This document shows positions 58,723 to 64,000 of a stretch of DNA of 64,000 nt, one piece after another (the first letter of the stretch is position 1; each line of letters starts with the position of its first letter). The position numbers and the translations under genes are program-made. Below the pieces are notes generated by a model. It did no database searches, was not told where the DNA came from, and worked only from the letters and a program-made list of their open reading frames with translations. The stretch comes from a virus (lineage: Duplodnaviria; Caudoviricetes): IMG/VR virus record IMGVR_UViG_3300003937_000325. The stretch is one strand, 5' to 3'.

Positions 58723-58748
58723 ATAAATACTTTGTTCGTAGTATTTAT
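58723..58748. promoter_or_regulatory. Back-to-back divergent TATTTAT motifs
   Basis: Minus-strand copy at 58723..58729 (upstream of ATG 58707) and plus-strand copy at 58742..58748 (upstream of ATG 58764). Confidence 0.7.
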
Positions 58749-58763
58749 ATTAAAAAAGAATCT

Positions 58764-59516
58764 ATGAAGTCGTATCTTTATAAAACAAAGGAGGGTGCTG
58801 AGAAAGCCTCAAAGGAATTGGGTTGTGAGGGTTCTCACAAACATAAAAGAAAAACATTTATGCCGTGTAAAACACATAAAGAGTTTTTAGATGTTACTCA
58901 GACCTCAAAACCTGAAGGAGAAATGGATGAGATAATTGACTATGACGGTACTATGTTAAATTCTAAAATACCGATTTTAGACCCTAATGTTAGTGCGGAT
59001 GGTAATACAACTATGGATAAGACTGTTGCGATGGCTCGTATTACACAAGACCCGTTAACAAGAGGGTATAGAACATATTATGGTGAGAGTATCGAAAAAC
59101 GAGAAGTTAGTGAAGAAGATATGGAAGACGCTTTTGGTTATGACGAAACCAAATTTATGGATGCCGATGAAACTATAGATTTCTTTATGGATGAATTAGG
59201 TTTTGATGAAGACGACGCTAAAGGTAGGTCTGAAGAAATGGGTAAAGACCCTAAATTAGATGATAGTTCAGAGTTTAAAGATAAGAAAAATTTTGTCATG
59301 AAAGGTCGACTTACAGAAAAAGGAAAAGTTTTAAGTAAAGAAGACTTAATTAAGATGGCTGACGATATGTTAGTTAGTAAATCTGAAGATAAAGATTTAA
59401 AAATTGACCGTAAACTTTCACCAATATTAGTTAGAAATATAAAGGCATTAAAAAAATTGGCATTATTAGATGGTATATCAACATCCGAATTAGTTAAAAT
59501 TTTAAAAAATGAATAA
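58764..59516 (+). CDS. Hypothetical protein with an N-terminal DUF3721-like motif (start revised from 58710)
   Basis: YKTKEGAEKASKELGCEGSHKH...FMPC. ATG 58764 lies 15 nt after TATTTAT. Confidence 0.75.
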   Translation: MKSYLYKTKEGAEKASKELGCEGSHKHKRKTFMPCKTHKEFLDVTQTSKPEGEMDEIIDYDGTMLNSKIPILDPNVSADGNTTMDKTVAMARITQDPLTRGYRTYYGESIEKREVSEEDMEDAFGYDETKFMDADETIDFFMDELGFDEDDAKGRSEEMGKDPKLDDSSEFKDKKNFVMKGRLTEKGKVLSKEDLIKMADDMLVSKSEDKDLKIDRKLSPILVRNIKALKKLALLDGISTSELVKILKNE

Positions 59517-59973
59517 GGAATTATATAACAGAAAAGTTAAAGTACCTGAATCACTTTGTAATCACCTATCTCAGTGTTTTGATTCTGTTGACGCCGATAG
59601 TAATGTCGAAGGGTTTAATAGAAACCAAGACTTAAGAAAAAGTGGTGTGGCCACTTACCAACAAATTAAAAGAATTAAAAATTGGTTTGAAGGTTATGAG
59701 GGTAATAAAGAAGATTCACCATACATTTTAAATGGTGGTGAAAGAATGGAAAAATGGTGTGATAGTGTTTTAGACCATTGGAGAAAAACATTAGATATCG
59801 GTAAAAAGGCCAAATCAGAAGGTGGTATGGAAAATGAATATATAAAATATCATACTAAAGATGGAATAGTTGTTAGTCCTAATCAAAAACATGAGAAAGG
59901 TATTAACAAATTTGACACGTCTGTAACTGAACAAATAAAACAAATAAACGATATAATGAAAACATTAATATAA
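59509..59973 (+). CDS. Hypothetical protein (154 aa)
   Basis: Translationally coupled ORF ending in TEQIKQINDIMKTLI. Confidence 0.8.
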   Translation: MNKELYNRKVKVPESLCNHLSQCFDSVDADSNVEGFNRNQDLRKSGVATYQQIKRIKNWFEGYEGNKEDSPYILNGGERMEKWCDSVLDHWRKTLDIGKKAKSEGGMENEYIKYHTKDGIVVSPNQKHEKGINKFDTSVTEQIKQINDIMKTLI

Positions 59974-60272
59974 TGGCAACACAAAATGACAAATTAGACT
60001 TCGCACAACCAGCTAACTCATTATCTGAATACGCTGAAGCGGAAAGAGCAAAGTTATTCCCTAAGAATGATTTTTCACCAAAAAGTGACCTTTACTCACC
60101 TCAACATCCCGATGCGATGGCAGATGGTGATAATATTGGTAGAGGAACTGCTCAATTTTTAGATGTCTACAACGAAACTGCTGGTACTTCAACAGATATA
60201 CAAGCAAGGGTTGAAAACACAAAAATTGATAAATATAGTCCTAATAAACCCTACCCTAACTTCGACTTGTAA
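59973..60272 (+). CDS. Hypothetical protein (99 aa)
   Basis: TAATG coupling on both sides. Confidence 0.8.
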   Translation: MATQNDKLDFAQPANSLSEYAEAERAKLFPKNDFSPKSDLYSPQHPDAMADGDNIGRGTAQFLDVYNETAGTSTDIQARVENTKIDKYSPNKPYPNFDL

Positions 60273-60655
60273 TGAAATTACTTACCACGGTTAAAGGTCT
60301 TATAAATGAAATTGCGTCTCTTAGTGATATTGAAAAATCAATTAGAGACCGAAAAGTTGTAGTTATTAATTACGATGGTAAGGAACCCGGTGGTAAGGGA
60401 TATAGAACAATAGAACCTGTTTGTGTGGGTAGAAGTAAGGGTGGTAATAATATGGTACTCAGAGCATGGGATACTGAAGGTGCGTCACATACCGCAACTA
60501 TAGGTGAAAAACCATTACCCGGATGGAGGTTATTCAGAGTTGATAAAATATTTACTTATAAGTTAACTAATGATACCTTTAATGAACCTAGACCTAACTA
60601 CAACCCTAACGGTGATAACAGTATGTCTAGTGTAATTTTAAACGCAAAATTTTAA
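60272..60655 (+). CDS. Stand-alone WYL-domain protein (127 aa)
   Basis: VVINYDG...YRTIEPVCVG...LRAWD...WRLFRVDKI matches the WYL pattern (Y...R.V.P...L.A....R.FR.DRI). Confidence 0.75.
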   Translation: MKLLTTVKGLINEIASLSDIEKSIRDRKVVVINYDGKEPGGKGYRTIEPVCVGRSKGGNNMVLRAWDTEGASHTATIGEKPLPGWRLFRVDKIFTYKLTNDTFNEPRPNYNPNGDNSMSSVILNAKF

Positions 60656-60666
60656 TATAAAATAAT

Positions 60667-61278
60667 ATGAGTGACTTAATGCAAAAATTAGCAGTTTCTA
60701 AAAAAATAATGGATAAACACAATGGAACACCTAGGAATCAAGGTGGAGGGTCACTACCTATGTCCGAAAATATAAACGCGACATATAATGTGCCTCAAGA
60801 TATGATACAACAACAAGTACCTCAACAACAAGTACCTCAACAGGCTCAACCAATTAGTAATGGTGAACCTGTAAGTGAAAATGCGATTAAAAATTCTAAA
60901 TTACCGGATGAAATAAAAAAATTAATGTTAGAAAATCCTATAGTTCAGCCACAGTCTAATGGTCCAGTATTAACTGACGAATTAATACAAGGAGCCACAC
61001 GACTAATGAATAATAATACACCTCCTCAAACAGGTCCTTTACAAAATGAAGGTAATACTGTTATCTCTAATTCTTCAACAATACCAAACAATGGGGATTT
61101 AAAACAAATGATTAGAGATGTAGTTCGTGACACAGTTAGAGATGTTGTTAGAGAAGAATTAAAAAGTTCGGGTATTGTTACTGAAGGAAACCAAAAAGTT
61201 AATGAAACATTATCTCTTAGAGTAGGTAAACATGTGTTTGAAGGAAAAGTCCTTAAAGTAAAAAAAGTAAAACAATAA
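60667..61278 (+). CDS. Hypothetical Gln/Asn/Pro-rich protein (203 aa)
   Basis: ORF with a QQVP duplication and an RDVVRDTVRDVVREE helix. Confidence 0.8.
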   Translation: MSDLMQKLAVSKKIMDKHNGTPRNQGGGSLPMSENINATYNVPQDMIQQQVPQQQVPQQAQPISNGEPVSENAIKNSKLPDEIKKLMLENPIVQPQSNGPVLTDELIQGATRLMNNNTPPQTGPLQNEGNTVISNSSTIPNNGDLKQMIRDVVRDTVRDVVREELKSSGIVTEGNQKVNETLSLRVGKHVFEGKVLKVKKVKQ

Positions 61279-61333
61279 CAATACCTTTTCTTATTAAAAA
61301 TCTTTTACTATATTTTGATTAAAATTAAATTAT

Positions 61334-62542
61334 ATGTCAAAGATAAGAGTATTAGTCCTACCATCCGATAGAACAGGTGTCGGTAAATTTCGTTCAGTTG
61401 AACCTCACATTTTTCTACAAAATCAAAATCCTGATGACTTTCATGTAGATATAGATTACGACCCAAAAATTAATGATGATAACTTTTGGAAAGGTTATGA
61501 TATGGTTCATTTTCATAGAACAATCACTAAAGATTATGATAGTACACCGGCCTTAATCGATAAATTACATAAATGGGGCATAGTAACAGTTGCCGATATT
61601 GATGATTATTGGTTACCAACTAAAGAACATCCCGCACATGCTATGATTCAAAATAATAAGTTGAATCTAAAAATTAGAGCAAACTTAAAAGCTGCTCAAT
61701 ATGTGACAACAACTACAGAGATTTTTGCTCAAGAAATAAAAAAGTTTAATAAAAATGTTTTTGTTTTACCAAACGCGATTAACCCTAATGAACCTCAGTT
61801 TAAACATAAGACAGAACCCTCAGATAAATTAAGATTTGGGTGGTTAGGTGGTTCTTCACATTTACACGATTTAAAAATATTAGATAATTGTTTTAGTAAA
61901 TTAGGTAACTTAAAAGAAAAATATGAGTTATATTTATGTGGTTTTGATACAAGAGGCTCAGTAACTGAAATTGACCAAAAAACAGGTAATCAAAAACAAA
62001 GAGATATTAAACCAGAAGAAACGGTATGGGCGGAGTATGAAAAAATATTCACAAAAAACTATCAGGATGTACCTGAAGAATATAAAAAATACCTTTTAAC
62101 GTATAATCAACAACCTTACAACGATGAAAAATATTATCATAGAGTTTGGACACAACCCGTCACTTCGTACGCTAAAAACTACGCAAAATTTGACGTATCT
62201 TTAGCTCCGATTAAAAATCATATCTTTAATAGAATGAAATCTCAATTAAAAGTAATTGAAGCGGGGTTTTATAAAAAGGCAATTATAGCCTCAAATATTG
62301 GACCTTATACCATCGATTTAAAACACGCACTTAAATATGGTGAATTTGTTGATGGTAATGCATTATTAGTAAATGAAGGTAGAAATCATTCAGATTGGGC
62401 AAAATATATTAAGAAATTGGTTAATAACCCAACATGGGCTGAAGATTTAGGTGAAAGGTTATATGAAACAGTAAAAGACACTTATGATTTAAATGTAGTA
62501 ACAAAAACGAGAGCAGAAATATATAAAACAATAACAAAATGA
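61334..62542 (+). CDS. GT-B glycosyltransferase (GT4-like)
   Basis: DIDDYW, YVTTTT, VLPNAI, FGWLGGSSH and DVSLAP...FNRMKSQLKVIEAG (EX7E-like region). Confidence 0.88.
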   Translation: MSKIRVLVLPSDRTGVGKFRSVEPHIFLQNQNPDDFHVDIDYDPKINDDNFWKGYDMVHFHRTITKDYDSTPALIDKLHKWGIVTVADIDDYWLPTKEHPAHAMIQNNKLNLKIRANLKAAQYVTTTTEIFAQEIKKFNKNVFVLPNAINPNEPQFKHKTEPSDKLRFGWLGGSSHLHDLKILDNCFSKLGNLKEKYELYLCGFDTRGSVTEIDQKTGNQKQRDIKPEETVWAEYEKIFTKNYQDVPEEYKKYLLTYNQQPYNDEKYYHRVWTQPVTSYAKNYAKFDVSLAPIKNHIFNRMKSQLKVIEAGFYKKAIIASNIGPYTIDLKHALKYGEFVDGNALLVNEGRNHSDWAKYIKKLVNNPTWAEDLGERLYETVKDTYDLNVVTKTRAEIYKTITK

Positions 62543-63240
62543 TAGATTTACCATTAAACAAACTTTTATTTTTCGATTTAGAAACTGTAGGTATTGAAAA
62601 AGACTTACCGACACTTAAGAAAAATAAACCAGAATTAGCAAGATTATTTGAGAGTTACTTAGATTGGTTTATTAGGAAATATCCTGACCAAGAAGGTAAA
62701 ACACCTGAAGAGATTTTTATTAATAAGGCCGCATTAGTTGCTGAGTTCTCTAAAATTATAGTAGCATCTTTTTCTTTTATAACTCCAAGTGATGAGGTAC
62801 ATACTCAAACATTTGCCGAAGATGACGAGAAAGAATTATTACTTAAGGTTAGAGACTTATTAAATAAAGTTCAAAAATTAGATTTTCACTTATGTGGACA
62901 TAATATTAAATTTTTTGATATACCAACCTTAGGTAAAAGATTTTTAACTAATAATATTTTACCACCAAAAATATTACCTTCATACGAAACTAAACCGTGG
63001 GAGGTAAAGGCTCTTGACACTAAAGATATTTGGCAGTTTGGTAACAATTTTGGGATATCATCGTTAGATTTAATGTGTGTGTCAATGGGTATTGAAAGTC
63101 CTAAAACGGGGGAAGTAAGTGGTAATTTAGTACACGACACATATTGGAACGCAAATGGATTATCGCCAATAGCGGAATACTGTGAAAAGGATGTAAATGT
63201 ACTTGTCGAATTAATTAGAAAAATTTACAATTTAAAATAA
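62539..63240 (+). CDS. Stand-alone DEDDy 3'-5' exonuclease (PolB-exo-like)
   Basis: FFDLETVG, GHNIKFFDIP and YCEKDV. Confidence 0.88.
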   Translation: MIDLPLNKLLFFDLETVGIEKDLPTLKKNKPELARLFESYLDWFIRKYPDQEGKTPEEIFINKAALVAEFSKIIVASFSFITPSDEVHTQTFAEDDEKELLLKVRDLLNKVQKLDFHLCGHNIKFFDIPTLGKRFLTNNILPPKILPSYETKPWEVKALDTKDIWQFGNNFGISSLDLMCVSMGIESPKTGEVSGNLVHDTYWNANGLSPIAEYCEKDVNVLVELIRKIYNLK

Positions 63241-63243
63241 GAT

Positions 63244-63843
63244 ATGTTTAAAAAATTTAATGAATTAAAAAATGATATGTCTAAATTAAAAGACATACAA
63301 AAGCAACTTAGTGATGTGGATATGTCTGACCCTAAAGCGATGTTAGAGTCTTTCGGTGTTGATTATGATGAGTTAGAAAAATCATTTACTCACACAGGAT
63401 TTGAACCAACACAAATAGACTATACTTTTAAGTCCGTTAATCCTGAACCTAAATATCACTATGGTAGTGATTCGGGGTTCGACTTACGAGCTAATGAAAA
63501 AGTGACATTAGAACCATTTGGTAGAGCTTTAATCCCAACAGGCTTATACATTGATGTACCACAAAGGAGTGAGGTACAAGTAAGACCTAAAAGTGGTTTA
63601 GCTATTAAGAAAGGTTTAACCGTCCTTAACACACCAGGTACTGTGGACGAAGGATACACAGGGGAAATAAAAGTTATATTAATTAATCTTAGTAATGAAA
63701 CTCAAGTAATCGAATTTGGAGATAAAATTGCACAAGCGGTAATATGTCCCGTAATTCAAGGTCGAGACGTTAAGTTAAATAGAGTTAAAGAAATTAAAGA
63801 AAAAGACCGTAACTCAAACGGATTTGGTTCTACAGGAAATTAA
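63244..63843 (+). CDS. dut: Trimeric dUTPase with an N-terminal extension of about 55 aa
   Basis: SGFDL, RPKSGLA, GTVDEGYTGEI, GDKIAQ and RNSNGFGSTG. Confidence 0.95.
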   Translation: MFKKFNELKNDMSKLKDIQKQLSDVDMSDPKAMLESFGVDYDELEKSFTHTGFEPTQIDYTFKSVNPEPKYHYGSDSGFDLRANEKVTLEPFGRALIPTGLYIDVPQRSEVQVRPKSGLAIKKGLTVLNTPGTVDEGYTGEIKVILINLSNETQVIEFGDKIAQAVICPVIQGRDVKLNRVKEIKEKDRNSNGFGSTGN

Positions 63844-63853
63844 ATAAAATTTT

Positions 63854-64000
63854 ATGATAACAATTGGATATTGTACTAAAAAAATTGACCCTAAGTTTAA
63901 AGAATATATAGAACAGTCTTGCGGTGTTCATAAAATGGAGGTCATACCTTTTGAAAATCCAGGTACCCATTCATTAAGTGAGGCTTATAATATAATTTTA
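63854..64000 (+). CDS. Probable GT2-like glycosyltransferase, N-terminal part (runs off the window edge)
   Basis: MITIGYCTKK...EVIPFENPGTHSLSEAYNIIL resembles the start of GT-A family 2-like proteins (ITII...SL..AYN). Confidence 0.6.
   Translation, partial: MITIGYCTKKIDPKFKEYIEQSCGVHKMEVIPFENPGTHSLSEAYNIIL

Noticed and set aside
58710-58763. Tracked start of the 268-aa ORF at 58710
   Set aside because: This stretch contains both divergent TATTTAT motifs. ATG 58764 fits the motif spacing seen at other genes.
1-64000. Stop-codon reassignment, as seen in some large phages
   Set aside because: Conserved genes are full length in the standard code, and TAA, TAG (51962, 56405) and TGA (18094, 43638) all terminate genes at sensible positions.
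1-64000. Bacterial chromosome, or a stand-alone contractile injection system locus
   Set aside because: Neck and head-completion genes, phage-type replication genes, a late-promoter-like motif and the absence of housekeeping genes indicate a lytic-type large phage.

Overview
The window is a gene-dense, AT-rich segment of a large tailed phage of myovirus type with T4-like gene homologies, read in the standard genetic code. Most of 1-44153 is on the minus strand. It holds a baseplate and tail module (large baseplate or fibre proteins, gp6- and gp25-like wedge, hub, LysM/gp53-like protein, tube initiator, tape measure, tail chaperones, tube, sheath, tail terminator, neck). A replication and nucleotide block (nrdA, nrdB, DnaB/gp41 helicase, 5'-3' exonuclease, RecA/UvsX, gp32-like SSB) interrupts that module. 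Next come an SNF2 helicase, a superoxide dismutase fusion, a neck protein and a family B DNA polymerase. Pro/Thr-repeat and metalloprotease proteins of probable virion location follow, then small possible head-cargo proteins including a stand-alone WYL domain, and a glycosyltransferase-exonuclease-dUTPase cluster. I saw no tRNA, rRNA, CRISPR array, intron, intein or transposase. The most notable observations are: (1) a recurring TATTTAT motif upstream of about 17 mostly structural genes, separate from sigma70-like promoters found mainly at replication genes; (2) an ATP-cone on NrdB rather than NrdA; (3) a Mn-type SOD fused to a nuclease-like domain with protease-site-like linkers, possibly part of a set of capsid-targeted cargo proteins; (4) a candidate +1 frameshift in the tail chaperone pair; (5) a frame-broken BppU-like/Pro-Thr/zinc-metalloprotease gene. 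All functional calls come from motifs read by eye, and no database searches were run.
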